Origin: a virus | DNA length: 64,000 nt | Reading direction: 5' to 3' (one strand) | IMG/VR virus record: IMGVR_UViG_3300005613_000015 | Span: 1-64,000 of that record | Part shown: positions 54,587 through 64,000 of the stretch, piece after piece | Layout: each line of letters starts with the position of its first letter | How positions within the stretch are numbered: the stretch's first letter is position 1 | Program-made: the position numbers and the translations under genes | The notes under the pieces: model-generated | Seen by the model: the letters and a program-made list of their open reading frames with translations, nothing else | Database searches by the model: none | Told to the model about the DNA's origin: nothing

Positions 54587-55426
54587 ATGGAAAAGAGTAT
54601 CATGTCTTTAGCTGATGATATTCTTGGAGGCGCTCTTACTAGCCCTGCCAAGGCCAAATCAGCGGTTTCAAACCCTTACAACGAGCCTGAACTTCCTGAA
54701 GTTTTGGACGAGCAACGCGAGAGTATAATTATGGAATCTATAAACGAAAAACTTGGTCCTGAGCTTAAGAAGTTTGCAAAAAAAACTTCGCGAGACCATT
54801 ACCCTGGTGATAAAGGTGTGGAGACTAGAATTGACCCGAGCGCAAGGAAGGCCAGCCTGTCTGCGAAGGCAAAGTCAAAGTTAAGTCGCCATGACGTACG
54901 CAAAACATCCAGAGATGATGAAGCAACTTCGTGGGCAGTTGACCGTAGAACGGATAGACAAAAAGCTAATTGGCAAGCTACCCGCGACAGTCAGAAGGCG
55001 CACCGTCAAGCTCGCGGTGTACAAACTCGCGGTGCCAAACCCTCCGCAACGGGTGTTGATAAAGAGGCTTTGCTGAAGAAGAAGCGTGAGGCTGAAGAAA
55101 AACGTAGGCGCTCTCAAGGTATTCAGGCACGTAAGCCTGGAATGGAAAACTCTAACCTTCAAATCTTACTTCAAGCCCGTGACATTCTTCGTGAAATGAC
55201 TTCCGTAGGTGCTATCGGTACTGGCCCTCAAATGACAGCTTCCCGTGCATACAGCACTCATGGAGCGAACATGGGCAAAGATACAGTACCCGTAAAGCCC
55301 GTAGATAAGTCCATGCGCAAGGTTGAGAAGGGTAAGGCATCAAAGAAAAAAGCTAAGAAGGTAAAGAAGGAGTCCTTTGAGCTATTCTTAGACCGTATTC
55401 TTAATGAACACTTAGGAGACAAGTAA
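54587..55426 (+). CDS. Basic head-region protein, possible internal/core protein
   Basis: Lys/Arg-rich segments; directly before the prohead protease. Confidence 0.7.
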   Translation: MEKSIMSLADDILGGALTSPAKAKSAVSNPYNEPELPEVLDEQRESIIMESINEKLGPELKKFAKKTSRDHYPGDKGVETRIDPSARKASLSAKAKSKLSRHDVRKTSRDDEATSWAVDRRTDRQKANWQATRDSQKAHRQARGVQTRGAKPSATGVDKEALLKKKREAEEKRRRSQGIQARKPGMENSNLQILLQARDILREMTSVGAIGTGPQMTASRAYSTHGANMGKDTVPVKPVDKSMRKVEKGKASKKKAKKVKKESFELFLDRILNEHLGDK

Positions 55427-56034
55427 TGCTTATTCGAGATATCTTTTCTTTCGGTGAAGTTTCCCTGATTTCTGAAGGACGTTCTGGTGGACCTATTCGA
55501 TTTAAAGGTATCTTCTCTGAAGCCGAACGTCCAAACGGTAATAAAAGGGTTTACAGTAAAAGACTTTTAGAGCGTGAAGTAAAGAAGCTTCAAGGCCAGA
55601 TTAATGACCGTAGACTTCTTGGGGAGCTAGACCACCCTTCGGATGAAATTGTTCACCTTGGTAATGTATCCCATGTTATTACGAATCTTTCTATACAAGG
55701 TAATCATGTTATGGGAGAGGGCGAGGTTCTTAACACTCCCGCTGGCAAAGTTCTTGCAGAGCTTCTTCGTGCTGGCGTAAAACTAGGAATCTCCTCTCGC
55801 GGTACAGGCTCAGTTGATTTAGATGAGTCAGGGGCACACTATGTCGTAGGAGAGAACTACAACATGATTACCTTTGATATGGTTTCTGAGCCCTCTAGCC
55901 AGGATGCCTTTCCTGCTCTTGCGGAGCACAAACAACTAAATGAAGTACGTGGGCCGATTATTGAGGAACTTCAACACTTTCACAATGACCGGATTTATCT
56001 TACGGCGTTAAAGAGACGTTTAAGCAAACTTTAA
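55426..56034 (+). CDS. Prohead protease (T4 gp21-like)
   Basis: N.N.RVY, LGELDHP, VSH.I, TP.G, LGISSRG.GS, FDMV.EPS. Confidence 0.95.
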   Translation: MLIRDIFSFGEVSLISEGRSGGPIRFKGIFSEAERPNGNKRVYSKRLLEREVKKLQGQINDRRLLGELDHPSDEIVHLGNVSHVITNLSIQGNHVMGEGEVLNTPAGKVLAELLRAGVKLGISSRGTGSVDLDESGAHYVVGENYNMITFDMVSEPSSQDAFPALAEHKQLNEVRGPIIEELQHFHNDRIYLTALKRRLSKL

Positions 56035-56092
56035 AAATAAAACGCTTTTTCTTTCGCCGTATAATACATAATCATAGCAACCGAAATTTATT

Positions 56093-56698
56093 ATGGAAAC
56101 AAATCTCGATAAGTTAGTAGAAGCTCTTCCCAAAGGTCTTACCGAGGCTGGGATTGAAGAAGTGGCTTCTCTAATTGATGAAGTCGTTGAAGAGCGCGTT
56201 GCAGACGAAGTTAAGATTATCGAAACTAAGGTTAAGGCTTTTCTTCGTACTAAGCTTGACGAGCTAAAAGAGTCCGCACGTGAGGAGCTTGCTGCTGAGG
56301 ATAACTTGGTACGAGCCTTCAAAGCGTTTGAAGCGGTAAAGATGATTGTTGCTTCTGAACTTGATAGTGTTGATTTTGATAACGCTATTTCTGTGCATGA
56401 AGCTGCAAACACTAAACTACAAGAACAGCTTGACGCTACTCGACAGCAACTCAACGAATCCCTTAAAACAGTTAATCTCCTTGAATCCAAGCTGGACCAC
56501 CAGGAGGTTGAACTTAGCCAACTCTCAGAGGCGCTAATTGACGAACGGGAAAAGGCTGAAATTCCCTTCAAGTCCTCAGAGTCGGCGGTCATGATAACCA
56601 ATGAAAATCATGAAACCCAAGGTCTGCCCGATTCAGCCCGGGAGAATTACTTCCTGAATGAGGACGTTATTCGTTTGTCCCAAACTTATAGGAGCTAA
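56093..56698 (+). CDS. Prohead scaffold (gp22-like)
   Basis: Acidic coiled coil between protease and capsid genes. Confidence 0.75.
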   Translation: METNLDKLVEALPKGLTEAGIEEVASLIDEVVEERVADEVKIIETKVKAFLRTKLDELKESAREELAAEDNLVRAFKAFEAVKMIVASELDSVDFDNAISVHEAANTKLQEQLDATRQQLNESLKTVNLLESKLDHQEVELSQLSEALIDEREKAEIPFKSSESAVMITNENHETQGLPDSARENYFLNEDVIRLSQTYRS

Positions 56699-56701
56699 AA
56701 A

Positions 56702-58282
56702 ATGCTAAATAAACAAACATCGAAAACTCTAGTTGATAAGTGGAGTCCGATTCTTGAAGGTGTTAATGACTCGTACACTCGCGAGACAACTGCCGTCCTC
56801 CTTGAGAACCAAGCTCGTCATATCTTGAACGAGGCTCAAAAGGATGGTATGCTCTCCGAGGCTACTCCCGGTCAGGGTCCAACCACAGTTGGTTCCATTG
56901 GTACTTTCCAGAAGTTCGCCTTCCCTCTCGTTCGTCGGGTTTTTCCCGAATTAATTGCTAACAGGGTTGTTGGCGTTCAGCCCATGCAAGGGCCTGTCTC
57001 GCAAATCTTCTACCTAGGCTACGACCGTCTTACCGACTCGCGCCGTGAGACCGTCTACGGTAAGTATGACCTTACCTACGGCCAGAATGCTTATGGAGAC
57101 GCCTCTGCTCAGTGGGCTGGTGCTTCTAGCCTCGACACAATGGTTGCTAACTCAAGCCTTTCTACCGTAACTGTTGATGCTCCCAGCGCAACTCTCGGTG
57201 GTGAGATTGCTGGGTTCCCGACTTCTGGTATCCACGTTGGCTTTGATGTCTCCACTGGTGAGGTTCTTGGTAAGGTTGTCAGTCCAAATTTCTCTGACGC
57301 TACTGCTATCGGTGACATTACTGGGTTTGATGCTACTCCAAACGGCGTCATTCCTGAGATTAACTTCCACATCGAGCAGCAGCCCGTAACCGCACAGACT
57401 CGTAAGTTCCGTGCCCTTTGGACTCTTGAAGCTGCTCAAGACCTTCGTGCTTATCACAACCTTGACCTTGAGCGTGAACTTACTGACCTTCTTGGTAAGG
57501 AAGTTGCTCTTGAGATTGACCGTGAGCTTATCGAAGATATGCGCGGCATCGCTTATGATTCCTCTGGTGCGGTTTGGCAGCGCAAGATGATGGACATGCC
57601 TAACAGCAACAACTTTACTGGTGCTGGTCGCAACGGTGCTTTTGACCCAGGCCAATTCCTGTATGATGTAACTGGTTCCACGTCTGTAACCGGACAAGGC
57701 GGCGGTCAATGGGGTACTCGTAGTAACGTTTACTTCGTAGACTTCGCTTCGACTGCTCTTAACCTTGCTCCTCGCCACGTTGGTCAGGCTTACGCAAACC
57801 TCCTTGCTACCCTGAACTTCGCTTCGCAGGATATCTACAAGACGACCTACCGTGGTGCTGGTAACTACCTTATCACCTCGCCCTTCATGGCCGCTATTCT
57901 TAACTCGGCTTCGAAGCTCGAAGGCGGTGTGAAGGCTGGTAACTGGGAAGGTCAGCTTGGCGCTAACATCAACTACGCTGGTAAACTCCAGGGCATGTTC
58001 GATGTTTACGTTGACCCGCTCTATCCTGACGATGAGATTCTCATGGGTTACAAGGGCAGCTCGCCTATGGACGCTGGCTTCGTGTACGCCCCGTACATCC
58101 CGCTCCAGATGCTTCCCACTGTTACCGACCCTGAGACCTTCCAGCCCCGTAAGGGTCTGCTTACCCGCTACGGCAAGGCTGCTGTGTCTCCCGAGTCCCG
58201 CTTCTTCCGTGTCATCCGAGTTGTCGGTGCTGGTAGCAACTTCCTCTTCCGTCCTGGTGCTGTTGGGCGAGCTAACGCCTGA
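56702..58282 (+). CDS. Major capsid protein (T4 gp23-like)
   Basis: KWSPILEG, LLENQ, LVRR.FP.LIA..VVGVQPM.GP..QIF, TRK.RA.WT.E.AQDL, YAPYIPL, DPETFQPR.G..TRYG. Confidence 0.97.
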   Translation: MLNKQTSKTLVDKWSPILEGVNDSYTRETTAVLLENQARHILNEAQKDGMLSEATPGQGPTTVGSIGTFQKFAFPLVRRVFPELIANRVVGVQPMQGPVSQIFYLGYDRLTDSRRETVYGKYDLTYGQNAYGDASAQWAGASSLDTMVANSSLSTVTVDAPSATLGGEIAGFPTSGIHVGFDVSTGEVLGKVVSPNFSDATAIGDITGFDATPNGVIPEINFHIEQQPVTAQTRKFRALWTLEAAQDLRAYHNLDLERELTDLLGKEVALEIDRELIEDMRGIAYDSSGAVWQRKMMDMPNSNNFTGAGRNGAFDPGQFLYDVTGSTSVTGQGGGQWGTRSNVYFVDFASTALNLAPRHVGQAYANLLATLNFASQDIYKTTYRGAGNYLITSPFMAAILNSASKLEGGVKAGNWEGQLGANINYAGKLQGMFDVYVDPLYPDDEILMGYKGSSPMDAGFVYAPYIPLQMLPTVTDPETFQPRKGLLTRYGKAAVSPESRFFRVIRVVGAGSNFLFRPGAVGRANA

Positions 58283-58301
58283 TAAATAACCTAAATTAAA
58301 T

Positions 58302-58340
58302 AAGAGAGCCGTGCTTTTTCGAGTGCGGCTCTCTTTGTTT
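58302..58340 (+). terminator. Rho-independent terminator after the capsid gene
   Basis: AAGAGAGCCGTGC/GTGCGGCTCTCTT stem followed by TGTTT. Confidence 0.85.
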
Positions 58341-58365
58341 GTCTATATACATTAGAGGTGATATT

Positions 58366-58629
58366 ATGCTTTTAAAGAATACAGGACATAGTTCCGTTTT
58401 TGTTCAATTTACTGGTAGTCGAATTATTTTAGGTCCCGGCCAAACTGCCGAGGTAGACGCTAAGGCGATTGTAGGTCTTCCTCCTGGAGTTGTGGAGGTA
58501 GTTGAATCTGTTGAAGTTACTACTACTACCATTATGTGTAGTACAGAGGCCGAAACAACCGTCACAGAAGAACAAGAAGTTACAACTACAAAAAAACGAC
58601 ACATAAAAAAAACTACTTCAGAGGAGTAA
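58366..58629 (+). CDS. Small Thr/Glu-rich hypothetical protein (87 aa)
   Basis: CTATATA at 58343-58349 and GAGGTG SD before ATG 58366. Confidence 0.7.
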   Translation: MLLKNTGHSSVFVQFTGSRIILGPGQTAEVDAKAIVGLPPGVVEVVESVEVTTTTIMCSTEAETTVTEEQEVTTTKKRHIKKTTSEE

Positions 58630-58634
58630 GTTAA

Positions 58635-59510
58635 ATGTCATTCAGGGCAGTAAAACCTCAAACACGGTACGGTAACACTTTCGGCTCTGTCAGCGGAAGT
58701 TATGCAGTATTAGAGGACTGGGATTATCCCGGCGATATAGAATACGGCCAACTTAATCGACGTAGATTCCGAAATCAAACTTACTTTACTGAGTTTTATG
58801 AGATTGTAAAAGATTTTGTTCTTGCTCGTCTTGGATTTCCTGTTGTTCGTGTAGAGCTTACAGACTTTCAAATTCAGACTGCTATTGATGAGGCAGTATC
58901 AAAGTTAGATTATCATGCTCCTGACTGGTGCTCTCAGTTCTGCACCTTTGCAACATCTGCTGGAATTTCTCTTTATGAGTTACCTCAAGTTGTCGCAAAT
59001 AACTTTAGGGGTGCTGTGTATCGTAAAAACCTTCTTAGTGTTGCGCAGTCAAACGGAACACTAGAATTTGATTTCTTCATCAAATACTTTCAAGATAACT
59101 TCTTGTTTAGAGACTTTTCTATTGGAGATTATTACCTTACTATCTCTCATTTAGAAATGGTACGAAAGATACTTGGAAATGACGGAACCTTTAATTTAAT
59201 TAACGGCAACTTACTTAATATTTCCCCTACACCAACTGCTGTTTATGATGAAGTTGTTGTTGAGTTCAAAGCAATTGACACAAATACGCTTCATCCTTAC
59301 TTTGTAAGCTGGATTCAAAAATATAGCCTTGCCATATGTAAAGTTATTCTAGGACAAATTCGCGGGAAGTATCAGACACTCCCCTCCCCTGGAGGCGGCG
59401 CTCAACTAAACGGAGAGGCTCTGATTACACAAGGAACTGATGAACAAGAAAAACTTGTTGAAGCCTTGTTAACCGAAATTGAAGAGCCGCCTGCATTTAG
59501 TACCTTCTAA
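58635..59510 (+). CDS. Neck protein (gp13-like)
   Basis: RLGFPVVRVELTD.QI...IDEA, WI..Y.LA..K..LGQIRGKY...P.PGG..LNG. Confidence 0.9.
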   Translation: MSFRAVKPQTRYGNTFGSVSGSYAVLEDWDYPGDIEYGQLNRRRFRNQTYFTEFYEIVKDFVLARLGFPVVRVELTDFQIQTAIDEAVSKLDYHAPDWCSQFCTFATSAGISLYELPQVVANNFRGAVYRKNLLSVAQSNGTLEFDFFIKYFQDNFLFRDFSIGDYYLTISHLEMVRKILGNDGTFNLINGNLLNISPTPTAVYDEVVVEFKAIDTNTLHPYFVSWIQKYSLAICKVILGQIRGKYQTLPSPGGGAQLNGEALITQGTDEQEKLVEALLTEIEEPPAFSTF

Positions 59511-60064
59511 TGGCTGACCGTAAACAGTTCAGAACTTCTCATAAGATTGTAGGCGATACGGCTGAGCAGTTTAATGATTTGCTAAATCTTTATGATTTAG
59601 ATAATCCTGATATTGAACTGTTTAATTTGGTTGACGATGAACTTATTCGCTTAGGCGGCTCTAAAATTTTACTATACAAATTTTTTCGTACAGACGGTAT
59701 GGCTGATGATTTGTATGGAGAGGCGTCTCAAAAAGTTATATCGAATGAGCCGATTGTTCTTCAAGGCCACTACGAGCCTCAAGCCCTCGAAGAAAATTTA
59801 ACTGAATTTGGTATTGAAATTACCAGCGAGCAGATATTTACATTCAATAAGAGTTATTTAGAAAAGCTCGTTGGCCGTCCTCTTATTCCTGGAGATATTC
59901 TTCAACCAGACTTTCAAAATCTAAAGTACGAGGTTTTTGAGGTTCAAGAAGACCAGTTCGATGTATACGGTGTTTACCACCTAACCTGTGCCGCCAGAGT
60001 CCTTCGCGATGATGAGGATATTACAAGAGCAGAGGAGTCCTTTCCTCAAGATGAGGTGTTCTGA
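59510..60064 (+). CDS. Neck protein / head closure (gp14-like)
   Basis: ELIRLGG, DDLYGE, L..FGI, P.GDI, YEVFEV. Confidence 0.85.
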   Translation: MADRKQFRTSHKIVGDTAEQFNDLLNLYDLDNPDIELFNLVDDELIRLGGSKILLYKFFRTDGMADDLYGEASQKVISNEPIVLQGHYEPQALEENLTEFGIEITSEQIFTFNKSYLEKLVGRPLIPGDILQPDFQNLKYEVFEVQEDQFDVYGVYHLTCAARVLRDDEDITRAEESFPQDEVF

Positions 60065-60852
60065 TGGCTGGGGCATTATGGACAATTGATGATATTCGAC
60101 GCGAGATTGAAAAGCTCGAATCATCCGCAAGTTTTCAAAAACCTGATTTCTATCGTATCTTTACTAGACGACTGAAAGAAATATTTAGTAGCTTTAAAGT
60201 TCTAAAGGGAGATGATACAGTACGGGAGGTAGAGATTATCTACGCTAATCCAGAGCGAGCAGTTGCTAAAATTGTCGAGGGTAAAACGCAGAATCTACCG
60301 TTGCTGTCGTTGCAGCTAGATGGAGTTTCTATTGATACTGCTAGACAGAAACCGATGGAGGCTCTTGTAGAGCGCAAGTTTTGGATACCTGAAAAACAAC
60401 GAGCTATTCGATACATGGCTCTTGCACCTGTAGCAGCAAATCTAGGGTTTGTTTTAAACGTTTGGGGTAAGTACGTAGAGGAGGTTAACCAGCTTACAGA
60501 GCAGATTATACTTCAGTTCCGCCCTAATCTAAGAGTTGATATTCGTGAGGATGAAGTTTATCAAGCTTACCTTAAAGATGTTTCAGACTCCTCTAACATG
60601 TCTGTAGGCGACCGTCAGGACAGGATTATTAAACGACAACTCAGATTTGAAGTTCAATCGTATATTCCCAGTAAAGTATTTAGATTTACTAATACTGGTG
60701 AGATACAGCTTATGAATTTTGAAGTGTACTTAGATGAAACTGCCGGTCTTGTACCTTTGGAAAGCTATCTTGCTGGGGGTGGCAGAGATTTTCAGTTAAA
60801 TCAGATACCAAATAGGGGTTCGGGTATTACAACGATTACTGAAGAATCTTAA
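60064..60852 (+). CDS. Tail terminator / sheath stabiliser (gp15-like)
   Basis: IIYA.PE, LPLLS, APV, QL.EQI..QF.P. Confidence 0.85.
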   Translation: MAGALWTIDDIRREIEKLESSASFQKPDFYRIFTRRLKEIFSSFKVLKGDDTVREVEIIYANPERAVAKIVEGKTQNLPLLSLQLDGVSIDTARQKPMEALVERKFWIPEKQRAIRYMALAPVAANLGFVLNVWGKYVEEVNQLTEQIILQFRPNLRVDIREDEVYQAYLKDVSDSSNMSVGDRQDRIIKRQLRFEVQSYIPSKVFRFTNTGEIQLMNFEVYLDETAGLVPLESYLAGGGRDFQLNQIPNRGSGITTITEES

Positions 60853-60922
60853 CAAACAACTTCAAAAAAACTAATGGTTTTACGCTGCACCCTGTCTAAA
60901 TACAATAGAGAGGATTAATCCA

Positions 60923-61111
60923 TTGACCGCTTATAAAAGAATTAAAAATCTGACCCACCAAGGTCTTGAAATTATCACGAAACTTCCTTCGGGGCAATAT
61001 GACCATATTTGGTTGGCCTCAAAGAAATCGGTTATTGTACCTGCTGACTCGATTACCGACCTTATTCGCGTTGCCGAGCAGCGACAAATGGTAAAAATCT
61101 CGAACGCCTAA
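60923..61111 (+). CDS. Small hypothetical protein before the sheath gene (62 aa, TTG start)
   Basis: CTAAATA at 60896-60902 and GAGGA SD. Confidence 0.65.
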   Translation: MTAYKRIKNLTHQGLEIITKLPSGQYDHIWLASKKSVIVPADSITDLIRVAEQRQMVKISNA

Positions 61112-61125
61112 TAGGAGAATAAAAC

Positions 61126-63327
61126 ATGCCCGCATATGTAAGCCCCGGAGTATATGTAATTGAAAAGGACTGGTCTGATTATACGCCGTCCCTCAACGCA
61201 ACCAACGTTGGTATTATGGGATTCGCATCTCAAGGACCAGCAGGGGTAGCTACTCTAATCACAAACGCCGACCAACTTATTCAAACCTTTGGCCGTCCTG
61301 AAGATGCTGAAGGTGGTCAAGGTTTAATCGGCGCTTATCACATTCTTGACCGTACAAATACGGTATACTTTACGAGAGTTGTTACCTCTAGTGCAACGGT
61401 AGCTGATGCTGCGGTTAAGATTGGTACATGTCCCGATGTGTCCCCATCCGCAGGACTTAGCGAGAATAATCACTATCTTTTCATGGCAACTGTTAAAAAT
61501 TCGGCTGGTGTTACGGTCACAACCGACCCGCTGATTTTTAACGTAACTCCCGCTTCTGCTAACGCCTTATGGATTGGTGGTGCGGATGCCGTGCTGGCTA
61601 CTGTCAACTCAAGGACAACTCCAAGCTCACCAATCTCTTTCCTTCGCGATACCTCGTCTACAGGGCGGTTTATAGGTTCTTACGCAGGTTCGGGTGCGGA
61701 ACTTACCATGTACGCATGGTCTTCGACATCAAGCTTCCCGACTCTTCCTATAGGAACCACGAATGTAGATGTTACTGCTTTTTCTGGCTCTAATGCAGCT
61801 TTATCGGCTACTGGGGGTAATGTTACTTTAAAGCCGTCTACTGGTAGTGGTTATGGTACTCCGGGGTCTGGTGTTACTGCCTCTGCCGTAACTATGGACT
61901 CGACAAGTCTAAGCGGCGGGGCTTATGTAACACGAACACTTTATCCCGGCGCTGGATACAATTACTCTGCAAGTATAGAAACTTACGGATTAAAGACTAC
62001 AGGGCTTCAAGATGTTGTTACGGCGAATCAAGCAGATAGGACTGAGTTTGTACTGAATAAAGGTGGCGGTGCCGAAGAAAGCTATGTTGTAAACTTAGTT
62101 AGCCCCGCCGCAGGTACGGACATTAGCCCTTCAAGCGTTATCAATAGTACGACTGACGCAACAAACAAAACTTCTGATTACATTGTGGGTGAGTTTGCTA
62201 TTGACAACGCCGATAGAGATGATGTTGCCTGGACTCTACCTCCTAGATGGGGTAATGCTATGGCCGGTGATACTCTAAGTGCTGGAACCTTTATCGACTC
62301 GGCTGGAGCCTCTGCTAGTCTCGACTTTTCCGCTGTTAAGCTTATTAAACTTGTTGATGGTACTTACAACTTTGCAGGTGGTGTAAATGGAGACCTTGGA
62401 GATGGCTCTAAAACTTTCTCTGATGCCGAAGTAAAAGCTGCATTCATCGGTAATGCTGCTGACGGAAACGGTGTCTACTCCTACCTGAAAGAAGATGTTG
62501 ATATCTCTCTACTTGCTATTCCTGGAGTTACAGAACAAAATATTGTGAACAATGCAATCTCGATTGCAGCAGATTCACAAGAGTTCTTGGTTGTAACTAA
62601 CCCTCCAATTGGTATTACCAACCCTCAAACTGCTATCGCCTGGTCGAATGGTACTGCCGAAGGTAGAACAGCCGCCCTCAACAACTCATACGCTTGTGTG
62701 TACTGGCCTTGGGTAAAGCTCTTCAACCCTTTCACTCAGATTGACGAGTACGTCTCACCAGACATCTTCGCTATTCGCCAGATGGCTTTTACAGACGCTA
62801 CTTTCGACGCTTGGTTTGCTCCTGCTGGCCTTGTGCGAGGTAGACTTACCAAGCCTGTCGATGTTGAAGTTGTCCTTACCAAAGGTGATAGAGACGCTCT
62901 CTATGGCCCAGGAAACGTAATCAACCCCGTTCAAAAATTCCTCACGGACGGTATCGTCCTGTGGGGCCAGCGAACTACTCAAAGAACCGCCACGGCTCTT
63001 GATAGAATCAACGTTCGCCGTCTTATGATTGTAATTCGCAAGATGCTTCTGGCTTCTACTCGCCAGTTCGTCTTCGAGCCCAACGACGCTGCAACCTGGA
63101 AGCGAATCACGAACGCTGTCGAGCCTCTCATGGCTGACATCAAGAGTCGTAGAGGGGTTGTGGATTTCAAGGTTATCTGTGATTCGAGTACCAACACACC
63201 AATTCGTATCGACCGAAACGAGCTTTGGTGCAAGGTAATTCTTCAGCCTACAAAGGCTGCGGAAGTTATCGTCTTCGAACTTAACCTAACAAGCGCAACC
63301 TTGGGAACTGACCTACCCACTGCTTAA
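61126..63327 (+). CDS. Contractile tail sheath (gp18-like)
   Basis: YVSPGVYVIEKD, YWPW, WFAPAG..RG, LWGQRT, RINVRRL, FVFEPND, PTKAAE.I. Confidence 0.96.
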   Translation: MPAYVSPGVYVIEKDWSDYTPSLNATNVGIMGFASQGPAGVATLITNADQLIQTFGRPEDAEGGQGLIGAYHILDRTNTVYFTRVVTSSATVADAAVKIGTCPDVSPSAGLSENNHYLFMATVKNSAGVTVTTDPLIFNVTPASANALWIGGADAVLATVNSRTTPSSPISFLRDTSSTGRFIGSYAGSGAELTMYAWSSTSSFPTLPIGTTNVDVTAFSGSNAALSATGGNVTLKPSTGSGYGTPGSGVTASAVTMDSTSLSGGAYVTRTLYPGAGYNYSASIETYGLKTTGLQDVVTANQADRTEFVLNKGGGAEESYVVNLVSPAAGTDISPSSVINSTTDATNKTSDYIVGEFAIDNADRDDVAWTLPPRWGNAMAGDTLSAGTFIDSAGASASLDFSAVKLIKLVDGTYNFAGGVNGDLGDGSKTFSDAEVKAAFIGNAADGNGVYSYLKEDVDISLLAIPGVTEQNIVNNAISIAADSQEFLVVTNPPIGITNPQTAIAWSNGTAEGRTAALNNSYACVYWPWVKLFNPFTQIDEYVSPDIFAIRQMAFTDATFDAWFAPAGLVRGRLTKPVDVEVVLTKGDRDALYGPGNVINPVQKFLTDGIVLWGQRTTQRTATALDRINVRRLMIVIRKMLLASTRQFVFEPNDAATWKRITNAVEPLMADIKSRRGVVDFKVICDSSTNTPIRIDRNELWCKVILQPTKAAEVIVFELNLTSATLGTDLPTA

Positions 63328-63357
63328 TGCTATATAAAATAGGAGAACATAAAACCA

Positions 63358-64000
63358 ATGGTTAATGTAGACTTACAAGACTTCTTTGGCGAAACAGGGC
63401 GTGTCCTTGATGTCGCTGGCGTTACCGGGGGTACGGAACTGTTTCACAGATACGACTCCTACCGAGCTTACAGTTGGCTCATTCGTATCAACGGTCTCGG
63501 CGGTGTTGTAGGCAGTATCTTATCGAATACTGGTCTTACAAGCCCTGATAACGTGCTAACTCTCGCGGCCAAACAAGTTGGTCAGATTGGTTACAACGTT
63601 GAAGATATCATGGTAGACCGTGTGAACGATAAGTTTTACTACCCAGGTAGACCTTCAACTGAGGAGACAGTAATTACGTTCGACAACCTTCTTAAAGGTG
63701 ATGCTGCTAAGGCTCTTTTTAACTGGATGCGAACCACTTACGACCCGATTACTGGTACTCACTCTTCTTCGGTTCAATCTAATATCGCTGGGCAGATTAT
63801 CTCTGGTGGTGGCGGTTTCAAGCGTACAATTGATGTTGTTCTTCTAGACAACAACCGCAAGCCACAGTTTGTCGCTCGAATGTACGGCGCTTACTGTAAG
63901 AACTGGCGACTTGCAGAATTCAACTACTCGGCTAACGAATTCCACTCTATCGAGTGTACGGTTCGTTACGACATGGTTGGTTACTTCCGCAACGGTGATA
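63358..64000 (+). CDS. Tail tube protein (gp19-like), truncated by window end
   Basis: Hand-translated MVNVDLQDFF...YYPGR....TVITFDN...NWM...YDP.TG...FKR.I....LD...MYGAY...VRYD; SD AGGAG. Confidence 0.88.
   Translation, partial: MVNVDLQDFFGETGRVLDVAGVTGGTELFHRYDSYRAYSWLIRINGLGGVVGSILSNTGLTSPDNVLTLAAKQVGQIGYNVEDIMVDRVNDKFYYPGRPSTEETVITFDNLLKGDAAKALFNWMRTTYDPITGTHSSSVQSNIAGQIISGGGGFKRTIDVVLLDNNRKPQFVARMYGAYCKNWRLAEFNYSANEFHSIECTVRYDMVGYFRNGD

Noticed and set aside
1-64000. Stop-codon reassignment
   Set aside because: Core genes are intact in the standard code, and TAA, TAG and TGA all end genes at sensible positions

Overview
This is 64 kb of a large T4-like (myovirus-type) dsDNA phage genome in the standard genetic code. 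Bases 1-3360 form a GC-richer, minus-strand early region built from nine repeated units. Each unit is a near-consensus sigma70 promoter placed 6-7 nt before an ATG (leaderless), followed by one to three tiny genes, several missed by the ORF track. Four units carry a conserved 25-bp TAA-N19-TTA(CG) element upstream. From about 3.5 kb come small late genes, sugar and nucleotide metabolism (UDP-galactopyranose mutase, DUF3431-like protein, GT2-like glycosyltransferase, probable class II ribonucleotide reductase), terminase, portal, UvsW-like helicase, primase and a PD-(D/E)XK nuclease. A long plus-strand virion block follows: tape measure, baseplate, fibre-like proteins with Thr tandem repeats, protease, scaffold, major capsid, neck, tail terminator, sheath and a truncated tube gene. 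Main signals: the hierarchical leaderless promoter-gene cassette array, a probable -1 frameshift at the gp26/gp51-like locus, palindromic micro-intergenic elements between divergent genes, mucin-like Thr repeats together with glycan enzymes, and apparent GATC avoidance. No tRNA, rRNA, CRISPR array or transposase was recognised. All family calls come from motif recognition by eye, not from database searches.
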